Translations under genes and position numbers: made by a program
In this document: positions 47,279-57,810 of the stretch, piece after piece
Position numbering within the stretch: the stretch's first letter is position 1
Layout of the letters: each line of letters begins with the position of its first letter
Notes under the pieces: model-generated
Seen by the model: the letters and a program-made list of their open reading frames with translations, nothing else
The model's database searches: none
What the model was told of the DNA's origin: nothing
From: a virus
Lineage: Duplodnaviria; Heunggongvirae; Uroviricota; Caudoviricetes
Direction: 5' to 3' (one strand)
DNA length: 64,000 bases
Virus record (IMG/VR): IMGVR_UViG_3300035659_000001

Positions 47279-48163
47279 ATGGCAAATAAAATTTATTTAA
47301 CTCAAAGAACTGATAGACATGTTGCAAAAAGATTAAGTGCAGACTTTATGCCTGCAACGTATGACTTATCATTTGGAGTGTATAAAGTTCCGGCGTTAAC
47401 AGTGTCTAATTTGAATTTTCCTTGGGGGCTAACTATAGATTCTTTAGGTGACATATATGTATGTGATGTAAGAAATAATAGAATTGTTAAATTAAGTTCA
47501 AACCTTGCGTATTTAGGTACATACAGCACTGTGTCAACAGTTGGAGTGCCGTATATTATTTATTTTGATTCTATTACTGGCGACTTATATATTGTAGGTG
47601 TAGAGCTTATATATGGAACAGCTATTAAGATTGAGAGAATAACAACATCGCTTGTTAATGTAAAAACTAGCGGTAATATGAGAGCTATAAAAGATTTGTC
47701 GTTTAAACCAACAACAATTTGTAGAGGATTTACTGCTGGAACTTTTTTAATTGGTGGTGCTAGTCTAGATTTACTTGAGACCACTGAATCTACAAATTTT
47801 TCGGACTTTATTGTTAGATCGATTTATGGTGAAACAACTACATCTCCTGAGCTATTTGCAACTACAAAATACAATGGTGTGATTAAACACACTAATGATA
47901 ATTTTTATTTGAACAATGGTCAACGAATTCTTAAAGTTAATTCATCATTCGTTAATGTAGGTGATTCTGATTTTATATCTAAAACAATTTTTGGATTAAG
48001 ACAGGGATTGTCCAGTACATTATTGATTTATAATGCTGACAAACAAAAAATTCAAAGATATGATGAAAATTTGAATTTTATTGAAGATGTTTATACTGAT
48101 TCAGGTGACATTATTGCTATTGATGCCTATGATATAATGGATTTTATTGAGGTTAGTATATAA
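47279..48163 (+). CDS. NHL-repeat beta-propeller protein 2
   Basis: LNFPWGLTID..IYVCDVRNNRIVK. Confidence 0.75.
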   Translation: MANKIYLTQRTDRHVAKRLSADFMPATYDLSFGVYKVPALTVSNLNFPWGLTIDSLGDIYVCDVRNNRIVKLSSNLAYLGTYSTVSTVGVPYIIYFDSITGDLYIVGVELIYGTAIKIERITTSLVNVKTSGNMRAIKDLSFKPTTICRGFTAGTFLIGGASLDLLETTESTNFSDFIVRSIYGETTTSPELFATTKYNGVIKHTNDNFYLNNGQRILKVNSSFVNVGDSDFISKTIFGLRQGLSSTLLIYNADKQKIQRYDENLNFIEDVYTDSGDIIAIDAYDIMDFIEVSI

Positions 48164-48218
48164 TGTTTTGCAAGACTATATTAATTGAACAAATGTGCAC
48201 TGTTATGAGGTTGAAATA

Positions 48219-49058
48219 ATGAGTGCAAATATGTTTGTTGTTCAAAGAACTCATAGACATATTGTTAAACGGTTTGATAGTACTACATATCCTATAGCAT
48301 ATAATGGCGCTTATTTTGGTGAATTTCAGTCAGGATTAACTGATTCAATGTTAAATTTTCCTATGGCTTTGACTGTTGATGCAAGTCAAAATGTTTATGT
48401 TTGTGACACATTAAATAGTAGAATATTAAAATTAAATTTTGATTTACAATTAATTACTAAATACAGTACTGTTAATACTATAGGTAAGCCTTATGCGATA
48501 ATGATTCACAATAATTTTATATATGTAGTTGGTATTTATAGTGATTTGTATCTTAGAATTGAAAAGTTTAATAACAATTTAGTAAGTTTGATCAATTCTA
48601 CTAATTTAAGTGATAGTGTAATTGGAAAGCAATTGTCTATTTGTAAAGGATTTAGTTCAGATACGATATTTATTGCTGGTGCTAGTGTTGACATTTATGA
48701 AACTACCGAAACTACTAATTTTTCTCAAGTTATTATTAGACAGATTGTAGGTGAAACTAGAAAGATTTATACAGGCATCGAAATAAGTTCGGGATATTTA
48801 TATCTTAATGATGGTACTAAGATAATAAAAGTTAATTCATTATTTGAAAATGTCGGCGATTCAAATAAAATATCAAAGACCGTTAGATGTTTACGACAAG
48901 ACACAAGAGGAAATTTATTAGTGTATAATGTTGATAGACAATCAATATTGAGTTATGATGTTAATTTAAATTTTGTTGCTGAGTTATTTATTAACTCTGG
49001 ACCTTTTATTGGTAATGACGCTTATGAGATAATGGATATAACAGAGGTGGTTGTATAG
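48219..49058 (+). CDS. NHL-repeat beta-propeller protein 3
   Basis: LNFPMALTVD..VYVCDTLNSRILK. Confidence 0.75.
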   Translation: MSANMFVVQRTHRHIVKRFDSTTYPIAYNGAYFGEFQSGLTDSMLNFPMALTVDASQNVYVCDTLNSRILKLNFDLQLITKYSTVNTIGKPYAIMIHNNFIYVVGIYSDLYLRIEKFNNNLVSLINSTNLSDSVIGKQLSICKGFSSDTIFIAGASVDIYETTETTNFSQVIIRQIVGETRKIYTGIEISSGYLYLNDGTKIIKVNSLFENVGDSNKISKTVRCLRQDTRGNLLVYNVDRQSILSYDVNLNFVAELFINSGPFIGNDAYEIMDITEVVV

Positions 49059-51625
49059 TGACAACATTTTTTATAAATGCTGGAGGTTTAAATATAGCAC
49101 CATTTGACACTCCTGAAAAAGGAGCATTAAATCTTTTTAGTTTCGCTTATGATTATCAATATTTAGTTGGACCTGATGATGTTTTTGAAATAGTTGATAA
49201 CGGCACAATAATAGAGCCTTGTCTTGTACCATTTGAAATTCAACGCGGTTCAATTATTAGATCATGGTCAGAAAATAAGAATAAACCAACTATTCAAATA
49301 CCAAAAACTTCTGTAATATTTCATTCGGGTAAAGTTTTAAATATTAAATTTTTTAAAGATGGTAATATAGTGATTCCAGGTCCTGCAGCAGGACATTTTT
49401 TTGCGTCAATTTATAAGGATGTTAATCAGGAAGTAAGTGGCTGCGAATTTAAATTTATTAATGCACCAACAAATTTTATGTATGTTATAGAACAACCTGT
49501 ATTACAATATGGAGGAAACGGAACAAAGATTGTTAATAATGTTTTCATGAACTGCTATCCTGCAATATCACTTTTAGATGAATCGTTAAATTCAGTTATC
49601 GCAAACAATACTATTTATAAAGCTAATTTTTATGCTCTTGAAAATAATGTAGTGATTGACGTAGATAATCATGATGACTTATGTAATGGCACTGTAATAT
49701 TAAATAATGTTATTTATTGTGATGTCAATGTAGGAACTGCTATAAATATTAATGGGTCTAATTTGATGCAGGATTATAATTGCATTCATGGCGTAGGCGT
49801 TGAATATTCAGGAGCTGCAGTTTCAGGACTTCATAATATTGATTCAATAAATAGATTAGGTCATACTAATCCGGGATTTATAGGAAACAATGCAGAACTT
49901 TTTATTGCTAGTCCTTGTGTAAGTTCTGGTGCTACAAAGACTACTTATCCTCAATTACCTGAATTTGATTTTGATGGATTATTGAGACCTGATGTGTTGC
50001 CGATGTCAATTGGCGCGTATGAACCCAAAATTAAAACGTATTTTAAAAAAAATTCATCAATTAAATTGACTGAAGACACAGATGATAATAGAATTAATTC
50101 TGACATGTGTGCAGTTGTATCACCAGCAGGTCAAAAAATAATTTTTTATGCAAAGACATTTAATTCCGGACGATTGAGTAATTCTAGAGTTACTTATGTT
50201 TTGCCGTTTACATTGAACGTTGAAGCAGGAAATGGATTAATAAATGGTCTAACAGTTAACTGGCTTGCAGCATCATTTATTGTGAGTCAAAATTCATTTA
50301 TTTTAGTATATGTTAACACTTCTGGAGTAGTAGGATTGACGTCAGATTTTACAATGACATTTATAAAAGATGTCATAGTATTAGCTTATGTAAATGTTGG
50401 TGGGTCTGAGATAGTATATGTTGAAGAAGTAGAAAAAACAAATAAAAATATTTATTGTAGAAAACAAATTTTACATTCGTATGGGTTATGGGATTGGGAT
50501 GATTATGAATTTATTTTGAACACAGGTTCACAGCCAAGAGCATTATATGATAGTCTTACTGGCAAGATTTATATGTCATATAAAAAAGACGGAACAGCAT
50601 TTACTCGTATTTTTGATTTAAACTTAGAAAATTCGTTTAAATATTTACCAAATAAATATATTGTAAGCAATGTTATTTATCTAAGTAGGAATCAAGAATC
50701 AAGCGCTTATTTTATGGGTAGTTTTGGTACTAAAACAAACAGTGCTATTGATAATATTGATTTGTTTCCTTTAGGTTCATCAGCACTAAGTTTTATTTAT
50801 TTAAGCGGTTCGTTTAAACCATTTATATTTTTACCTTTTATAACTGGTGAATTTGTGTCAAATATTTTATATCCATATTTTATCGATATTTATACTTTTG
50901 ATGGATCTGTTTATGCTTTGGAGAATACTGTTACTTTTTATGATAATATTAATTTTCTTGTTGATACAAGATGGTATGAATGTCTTACAAACAATCAAGA
51001 CAGGTATATTGGTGTTAGAGTAAATTCTAATTTAATTGCGCATCAATATGAGACTGCATTAGAAAATAGAATTAAAGTTCATGTATTTGTACCATTTTAT
51101 GAAGGCGACATCGTTAATGGTATAACAGCTATTGAAGGGCGATTGTCTTTTCTTGGATCAATGGGATCAAAATCAGGAATTGAAAAAACTTTTGAATATC
51201 AAGAAACAAGAGATTTCGAATTCAATAATGTTAATTTTCTTGGATCAATGGGATCAAAGTCAGAAATTGAAAAAACTTTTGAATATCAAGAAACAAGAGA
51301 TTTCGAATTTGATGATGCTAATTTCATCGGAATGTTTGGATCAGTTACATCTATAGTAGGTCTTGATACAGCCCCTATGATAGATATTCATCCGGCTGAT
51401 ACATCTATTTTAAGTGGCGAAGACATATTTTTAGCAGTTTTAGCGCACGGGACAACACCTTTATACTATCAATGGAAAAAGAACACTTTAAATATTTTAG
51501 GTGCAACTAGTAACGTTTATGTTAAGTCTGGAGCAGTTCCAGAAGATTCTGGGTCGTATACTTGTGATGTTGCTAATGCTGCTGGTCTTGTTACAAGTGA
51601 TATTGCAACTGTAACTGTTTCGTAA
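49058..51625 (+). CDS. Beta-helix + Ig-domain structural protein
   Basis: NN-ladder (IVNNVF, IANNTI, ILNNVI), SPCV..DFDG..SIGAYE, C-terminal Ig PLYYQWKKN..DSGSYTC. Confidence 0.7.
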   Translation: MTTFFINAGGLNIAPFDTPEKGALNLFSFAYDYQYLVGPDDVFEIVDNGTIIEPCLVPFEIQRGSIIRSWSENKNKPTIQIPKTSVIFHSGKVLNIKFFKDGNIVIPGPAAGHFFASIYKDVNQEVSGCEFKFINAPTNFMYVIEQPVLQYGGNGTKIVNNVFMNCYPAISLLDESLNSVIANNTIYKANFYALENNVVIDVDNHDDLCNGTVILNNVIYCDVNVGTAININGSNLMQDYNCIHGVGVEYSGAAVSGLHNIDSINRLGHTNPGFIGNNAELFIASPCVSSGATKTTYPQLPEFDFDGLLRPDVLPMSIGAYEPKIKTYFKKNSSIKLTEDTDDNRINSDMCAVVSPAGQKIIFYAKTFNSGRLSNSRVTYVLPFTLNVEAGNGLINGLTVNWLAASFIVSQNSFILVYVNTSGVVGLTSDFTMTFIKDVIVLAYVNVGGSEIVYVEEVEKTNKNIYCRKQILHSYGLWDWDDYEFILNTGSQPRALYDSLTGKIYMSYKKDGTAFTRIFDLNLENSFKYLPNKYIVSNVIYLSRNQESSAYFMGSFGTKTNSAIDNIDLFPLGSSALSFIYLSGSFKPFIFLPFITGEFVSNILYPYFIDIYTFDGSVYALENTVTFYDNINFLVDTRWYECLTNNQDRYIGVRVNSNLIAHQYETALENRIKVHVFVPFYEGDIVNGITAIEGRLSFLGSMGSKSGIEKTFEYQETRDFEFNNVNFLGSMGSKSEIEKTFEYQETRDFEFDDANFIGMFGSVTSIVGLDTAPMIDIHPADTSILSGEDIFLAVLAHGTTPLYYQWKKNTLNILGATSNVYVKSGAVPEDSGSYTCDVANAAGLVTSDIATVTVS
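51148..51325 (+). repeat. In-frame 87-bp tandem duplication
   Basis: FLGSMGSKS.IEKTFEYQETRDFEF x2, starting 51148 and 51235. Confidence 0.9.
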
Positions 51626-51663
51626 CAGAAAAATAAATTTCTAATTCTAAAAAAGGAAAAAAT

Positions 51664-54600
51664 ATGTTATCAGCAAGAGGTTTATACGAGTGGAAATTAG
51701 TAGATGTGAAAACTAATAAAATTATTTTACAGGGCGAGAAATGGAATTTAGTTACAGATAGATTTTTATGGATTATGGGAAATAATCAATATGCTTTAAA
51801 TAATAGTAGTAATTCAAAGCTTGCAATTGTTTTATCTGCTACTGAACCAGGAGTAGATGTCGGTGTGCCTGCTGTTGATTTATATGATTATAGAGAGTAC
51901 GGTATAAGTCACAATAAGTTTACATTATTGGCTACTGGTACTTTTCAACCAGCAAGTACAGGTTATATTGATTATGTTTTAAATAGTAAATGGACAGATA
52001 ATAATTTTGCTCCTCCAGGATCGCCAAGAACTATAAGAATTATTGGTGTAGCTTATACTAATACAACAACGCCTAATAGTTTTGTGTCATTTATAGAGTT
52101 AGATACGCCTGTAACACAAAATACTGATCAATATTTTTATGTTAAGTATACTATATTTTTTAATTTTTCAAGTAATGGTGGTAATGTGCCCAATAATAGA
52201 TTTATTCAATTTCACATGAATAAAAATCTTTTATATGGGACGCCACTATATTTTGGTTATACTGGTAACACTTCTTATAGAACAAAAAGACATGTAACTA
52301 TATTAGTAGAGCCAACTGTTTTAGATAATGTAATGAGGCATGTTCCATCAGTTTTTGGAACTGCTTATACTGATGGTGGTACTGTTATAGGTTGCAGAAT
52401 GGCTACTAGAATCGAGAAAAGTTTTTTAGTTGCGGATATTCCAGGGCCTGTTGGATGTATTTGTCATAGTGAGCCTTTGTTTGCTACATTGGGATATTCT
52501 CCTGCCGGTTTGTCACCGTCTGTATCAAGAGTATTTATTCATCCATCTAATAGATTAAGTCAGATATTTTCTGATCCTGCATATCCTCCTAGTTCAAATG
52601 GTAATGTGGTTATCACAGGAACACCAACAAATACAGCTCCAATTGTTGGTCGCATCAAAATAACAAAAACAGGAGATGGATCAAATATTGTTGACGAGGT
52701 TGTTGCTTATACAGATGTTGATGTTGATAATGATTGGCTTCTTGTTACTCAGGGAAGTCTATGGGCAACTAATGATATATTAAAAATAGATAATGATGAA
52801 AATAATCCACCGGAGCCGTTAGTTGAAGGAACTAACTATTATGTTATTTATGTTGACGGCACTTATATTAAATTGTCAACGATAAAAGACGGTCCCGCAA
52901 TAGATATTACAAGTCAAGGTACAGGTAATAATACTTTAACGCGTCAAAATACTGGTACTTTTTCTCTTGAACTCGAACCGTATGGATTAGAGACTGTTTT
53001 GTCACAATTACCAATGGGTATAGATTTTGATAATAAAGTACAACCTGCAAATTTAACAAGTCTTACTGATACAGGAGAAGGTGGTATAATATGGACTACT
53101 GATTGTAGTTATTTAGTTCGAGGGTTATTTCAATATAATGACTATATCTATTCCGTACAGAAAAGCAGAGTGTCTTTTGAGCTTACAATATGCTCATGGA
53201 AATTTTGGACAATAGAATCTAGTGTGTCTTTATGCAAATTTGGTACAAGTAGTACAAAGTACAGAGCAATGGTTAAGTCAGGAGATGCAGCTTATATTGC
53301 GACAAATGAAGGTATTTATAAATATGATATAACGACGCCGACTGTTGCGCCTATATTAATTACTGTAACAAACATCATTGACACTAATATTACTGAATTA
53401 GCAATTGATGAGATTACTGGACATTTGTGGACTGGACATACTACAGGATTAAGTAAAATAGATTTAGGGACTCTTATAGCAGTGCAATATATTACAGGAG
53501 GTGGTGAACAATTAGATGGAATGATTTCATCTGATGTTTATATTAATCCAGGACAAATAACTGCTTATGATGGCAGAATAATAAGAGTTGGCATGTTTCC
53601 ATTAGGTGGTTCTAGCAAGGCTTGGATTTTACAAGATGGTGTTGGATGGTGTTATGTGAATAACAATGTTTCTAGAAGTGGTACTCTAAGAAAAGGTACT
53701 AATGAAGTAGTAGTTTTTTCGAATTTATCGCCATATACTATTATAAGATATAGCGTAGTTGTGACAGGAAAAAATTCAGGAACAGTCACTGTATTACAAT
53801 CTTATGCGTCTACTTCAAGTTCTGATAGTGTAGTTAGTTCTAGAATTAGAAATCAAATGGTTCAAATGTCCGATAGTAAATTTATTTTCGATAATGTTAC
53901 GGGTGGCGCATTTGATCAACTTATTAATACTTTAATATATGAAATTGATGTCGGAATAACTACTATGTATAGCACAGACTTACTTCAATTTGATCCAATT
54001 AAAAATTTATCAGTTGAGGAATTGGCGTGGAGATATAGTTTAAATAAAAATTTAATTGATTTTGGTAATGCAGTGAATGTAGCTATTCCGTGGGATCTTA
54101 AGATCACAACGCCAGGATTATTAGGTAGTCCATATTCTTATGGCACAAATGGAGCAACTTGGATTAAAGACTATTTTGAATATAATTTGAATATTCTTCA
54201 GGTTGGTACTTATGAACTATTACATGGATTATTTGTTGGTTTTAATAATGCCACAGGTAAACCATGGGATCAACAATTTATAGAAGGTGAACGTTTCACT
54301 TTTATGTACGGTGCAACCAAATTTAAAGATAACCTTCAAACGATGCAACTAAAAGCTCGGACTTATTATTCTGAAGTTTCTTATGCTTCTGCTATTCCAG
54401 TTACTGTTCCAGTTTCTGCTGCTTATACTTATCATGTAACTGAAGCAATAGATCCTAATTTTAGAGAAGTTGATAATTATAGTTTGGTTGTTTCTGTTAA
54501 AGATGGGTTAGTTGCATATACAGCGTTAACACTTCCTACAGGTAATACTTTTACGGCTGCTTATACAACAGATCTTATAACAGTTGGAATAAATATTGCA

Positions 54601-54900
54601 ACTGGGACTGTTGTCTATATAACAACAACTGGTACTTTACCGTTACCATTACGATATAATGGTGTGTATTATGCGATTAATGTTAGTCCAACACAGATAA
54701 AATTGGCATTAACTTATGCAGATGCTATAGGGAACGTTCCTATAGATTTAATTGACAATGGATTACTAATACATACTATTTATCAAATAGTACCTGCAAC
54801 AACACAGTATTTTCTTGGATTAAATGGAATTTTTGTGTTTGCAGCAGCAGATGCTGGAAAAAATTTAACTTTAGATTATACTACAACATATTATAGTTAA
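51664..54900 (+). CDS. Large tail/baseplate-associated structural protein
   Basis: 1078 aa, Thr/Gly-rich; two PL..G..YY.I....IKL repeats; propeller-like middle. Confidence 0.6.
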   Translation: MLSARGLYEWKLVDVKTNKIILQGEKWNLVTDRFLWIMGNNQYALNNSSNSKLAIVLSATEPGVDVGVPAVDLYDYREYGISHNKFTLLATGTFQPASTGYIDYVLNSKWTDNNFAPPGSPRTIRIIGVAYTNTTTPNSFVSFIELDTPVTQNTDQYFYVKYTIFFNFSSNGGNVPNNRFIQFHMNKNLLYGTPLYFGYTGNTSYRTKRHVTILVEPTVLDNVMRHVPSVFGTAYTDGGTVIGCRMATRIEKSFLVADIPGPVGCICHSEPLFATLGYSPAGLSPSVSRVFIHPSNRLSQIFSDPAYPPSSNGNVVITGTPTNTAPIVGRIKITKTGDGSNIVDEVVAYTDVDVDNDWLLVTQGSLWATNDILKIDNDENNPPEPLVEGTNYYVIYVDGTYIKLSTIKDGPAIDITSQGTGNNTLTRQNTGTFSLELEPYGLETVLSQLPMGIDFDNKVQPANLTSLTDTGEGGIIWTTDCSYLVRGLFQYNDYIYSVQKSRVSFELTICSWKFWTIESSVSLCKFGTSSTKYRAMVKSGDAAYIATNEGIYKYDITTPTVAPILITVTNIIDTNITELAIDEITGHLWTGHTTGLSKIDLGTLIAVQYITGGGEQLDGMISSDVYINPGQITAYDGRIIRVGMFPLGGSSKAWILQDGVGWCYVNNNVSRSGTLRKGTNEVVVFSNLSPYTIIRYSVVVTGKNSGTVTVLQSYASTSSSDSVVSSRIRNQMVQMSDSKFIFDNVTGGAFDQLINTLIYEIDVGITTMYSTDLLQFDPIKNLSVEELAWRYSLNKNLIDFGNAVNVAIPWDLKITTPGLLGSPYSYGTNGATWIKDYFEYNLNILQVGTYELLHGLFVGFNNATGKPWDQQFIEGERFTFMYGATKFKDNLQTMQLKARTYYSEVSYASAIPVTVPVSAAYTYHVTEAIDPNFREVDNYSLVVSVKDGLVAYTALTLPTGNTFTAAYTTDLITVGINIATGTVVYITTTGTLPLPLRYNGVYYAINVSPTQIKLALTYADAIGNVPIDLIDNGLLIHTIYQIVPATTQYFLGLNGIFVFAAADAGKNLTLDYTTTYYS

Positions 54901-54936
54901 GATTTTTATGTTACGAACAAAGAAAGATTTGATAGC

Positions 54937-57798
54937 ATGTCAATACCTGTAAGTGTTGAGCAAGAGATTTCAGTTAGTAGTATAGGTAATGAATCAAGAC
55001 CTCAAGACATAATAGTTAAAGGTTCAATGTGGACTGTTGCTTATAGTTCAGGTCGATTAATTTTGAAAGAGTTTGAAGGTCAATTGTTTAGAATAAACAA
55101 TGTTGAATTGTCTAAACAATTTATATTGACGTCTGCAAAGAAAATTGATGGGTCGCTTTATAATGATAGATTTTGGATATGGTTGTTGCTTAATGATAAT
55201 TCAATTAAATTGTATGAAATTGAACCTTTGTCAAATGATATGCCAATTATTCATAGATCAATATCACTTTTTACTGACTTAAAGTATATTGATTTTGCTG
55301 TTAATGCACAACCTGGTATAAAAGCTTTAACTTTAACTAATTCTTTAGAAAATTTGTATCTTAGTATTATTGATCAGCCTTTAGATAATACTGTGTTTAT
55401 GACTCAACAAGTTGATTGGTCTAGTACAAGATTGGATCAAATTGCAGTTTTAAATGAATCTAATTTAACTAATAATTTATTTTTAGATGTTGCATCACCA
55501 CCAAATGAATTTACTGAAGAATATGAATTTTTTGCGCCAGAAAATTTAAATGTAATTGTAATAGTTCAACCCAATCAAGTTCAAATATCTTGGGATGCTA
55601 AAGAAGGAGCTATTTCATACATTTTAGAAAAAGCTCTTTTACCTGATTTTAGTGATTCTTTAGTTTTATATTCAGGTACTAATATTTCAATTATTGACGT
55701 AATATTGATTGCAAATACGTATTATTATCGCGTAAAGGCTATTAGTATTATTGAATCTGCTTGGGCATCAACATCTATAACATTGAATGTGCCGGTAAAA
55801 CCTGAAAACCTTGTTGCTGTATTAGGGCCGTTAACAGGTGAAGTTGATCTCAGTTGGGATATTGTACCTTATGTTGATGGCTATACTTTACAACAAGCAA
55901 AATTAGCTAACTTTAGTGATGCAATTACTATTTATGATGGTGCAATTAATTCATTTGCAGATATTGTTAACTATACAACTACATATTATTATCAAGTAAG
56001 AGCTTATAACATTTTAGGCATTTCTGATTGGTCTGATCCGGCATCTATATTTGTTGATGTTACTGCGACTGCGACTAATTATAAGAAAATACTAACAATA
56101 TTAAGAAATAACAGACATGTTGTTAAACAGTTAAGAGCAATTTCTATTCCCGCAGTGTATGATGACAAATATTTTGGAACGTATGGTTCACCGGGTGGAG
56201 GTAATACTTCATTTAATGTGCCGAATGCAGTAACTTTAGATTTTGACAATAACATATATGTTTGTGATTATGAAAATAAAAGAATCGTTAAATTAAACAA
56301 AGTGTTGTCTTATATTAATAGTATTGATGTGTCAAATTATGTTTGTAAACCTTGTGCAATATTTTTCGATCAACAATCTAGATGTTTATATATTGCTGGT
56401 ATGAGATTTCATACAATTAATAATCTTGACATATATGGTTATCTTACTATAATGAAATGTTCAACTTCTTTTACTGATATAAAGTATTCAAATGATTTAT
56501 TAGGTTACTGGAATAGATTAAATCGAGATGATCTTACGCATAAACCTGTATCGATTTGTAAAGGAGACTATGTAGGTGAGATATTCATTGCTGGTGTAAG
56601 AAAAGTTATTTATAGAACGTTTGAAACTGATACATCATTTATAATGGCTGAACCATTAAGTATACGTTGGGATGAAGAATCAATGGTCATACGAGGATTT
56701 ATTAATCATTCTAATGGATATTTTTATCTAAATACAGGAACAAAAATAGTAAAAATTAGAATAGCTGAGACATGTTTTAATGTCGGCGATTCAAATTTTA
56801 TTTCAAAATCTTTATATGGGCTAAAAGAAGATACAAATGGTAATTTATTAATTTATAATGCTGATAAAAGAGCACTTATAAGTATTGATGAAAATTTAAA
56901 TTTTGCTAATGAACTATATGTAGATTCTGGTGACTCAATTAATAAAAGCTTTTATGATGTTAGTGATTTTGCTGTCAATTATGTAGGCATTCCCATTGAC
57001 TTATACAATATGCTAACTGTGAAACAAACAGACAATGAATTCATATTTTGGGCGCCTTTTTCAGAAGATGCTCATTCAATTGGTTATTCACCTAACGCAT
57101 CGAATGAAAGTGATAGTTCAATTAATAGATTACAATTAAATGATTTTATAATAGGAGAAAAAGTTGATAGTGGATGCATGATATTATTATCAAATCCAAT
57201 ATCCGGAAATACAAACTCACCCATTAATAATGATTTACGAATAATAACTGACTTTACAATAGCTATATGGTATAAATGGGATAGTGATCTCGGTACTGAT
57301 GGTTGGATACTAGATTGTTCTGGACCATATTCTAGTATGCTCGAAACTAATAATACTTTATATGGCATACAAACTGTTTTTCCAGGAAATATTAAAATAA
57401 TACATAAATATGACAGCGGAAATGTTGAATCGTATGTGACTCCGATCATTTTTCCAAGAGATGGTCAAATTCACTTATTAGTTGTTCGTAGAAATAGTAG
57501 TCTTAAACAATATGAGTTAAATTTAGATAATGGTGCGTCGTTTATTCAATCATATATAAATGATCCTACAGGAGGATCAAATGCTACATTAGCTATCGGC
57601 GGAAAATCATCAACAGATGTTTTGAATCCACAAGCTAATGGAAAATATTATGATACATACATATTTAATAGTTTTTTAAGTAATTCAGATATTTCTATAA
57701 TATTTGATGCAGGCTCATCAGAAGCATCGTGGTTTAATTATTCTAATTGGAATAGTGCATCTGGATCTGGATATGTTACATGGGTGCCGATAATTTAA
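54937..57798 (+). CDS. FN3 + NHL propeller + LamG-like structural protein
   Basis: FN3 (ISWD..YYYRVKA; LSWD..YYYQVRA), NHL, FTIAIWYK LamG-like tail. Confidence 0.75.
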   Translation: MSIPVSVEQEISVSSIGNESRPQDIIVKGSMWTVAYSSGRLILKEFEGQLFRINNVELSKQFILTSAKKIDGSLYNDRFWIWLLLNDNSIKLYEIEPLSNDMPIIHRSISLFTDLKYIDFAVNAQPGIKALTLTNSLENLYLSIIDQPLDNTVFMTQQVDWSSTRLDQIAVLNESNLTNNLFLDVASPPNEFTEEYEFFAPENLNVIVIVQPNQVQISWDAKEGAISYILEKALLPDFSDSLVLYSGTNISIIDVILIANTYYYRVKAISIIESAWASTSITLNVPVKPENLVAVLGPLTGEVDLSWDIVPYVDGYTLQQAKLANFSDAITIYDGAINSFADIVNYTTTYYYQVRAYNILGISDWSDPASIFVDVTATATNYKKILTILRNNRHVVKQLRAISIPAVYDDKYFGTYGSPGGGNTSFNVPNAVTLDFDNNIYVCDYENKRIVKLNKVLSYINSIDVSNYVCKPCAIFFDQQSRCLYIAGMRFHTINNLDIYGYLTIMKCSTSFTDIKYSNDLLGYWNRLNRDDLTHKPVSICKGDYVGEIFIAGVRKVIYRTFETDTSFIMAEPLSIRWDEESMVIRGFINHSNGYFYLNTGTKIVKIRIAETCFNVGDSNFISKSLYGLKEDTNGNLLIYNADKRALISIDENLNFANELYVDSGDSINKSFYDVSDFAVNYVGIPIDLYNMLTVKQTDNEFIFWAPFSEDAHSIGYSPNASNESDSSINRLQLNDFIIGEKVDSGCMILLSNPISGNTNSPINNDLRIITDFTIAIWYKWDSDLGTDGWILDCSGPYSSMLETNNTLYGIQTVFPGNIKIIHKYDSGNVESYVTPIIFPRDGQIHLLVVRRNSSLKQYELNLDNGASFIQSYINDPTGGSNATLAIGGKSSTDVLNPQANGKYYDTYIFNSFLSNSDISIIFDAGSSEASWFNYSNWNSASGSGYVTWVPII

Positions 57799-57810
57799 TT
57801 GGGAGTGACA

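Noticed and set aside
51148-51325. DGR template/variable repeat pair
   Set aside because: Adjacent in-frame tandem copies and no reverse transcriptase in the window
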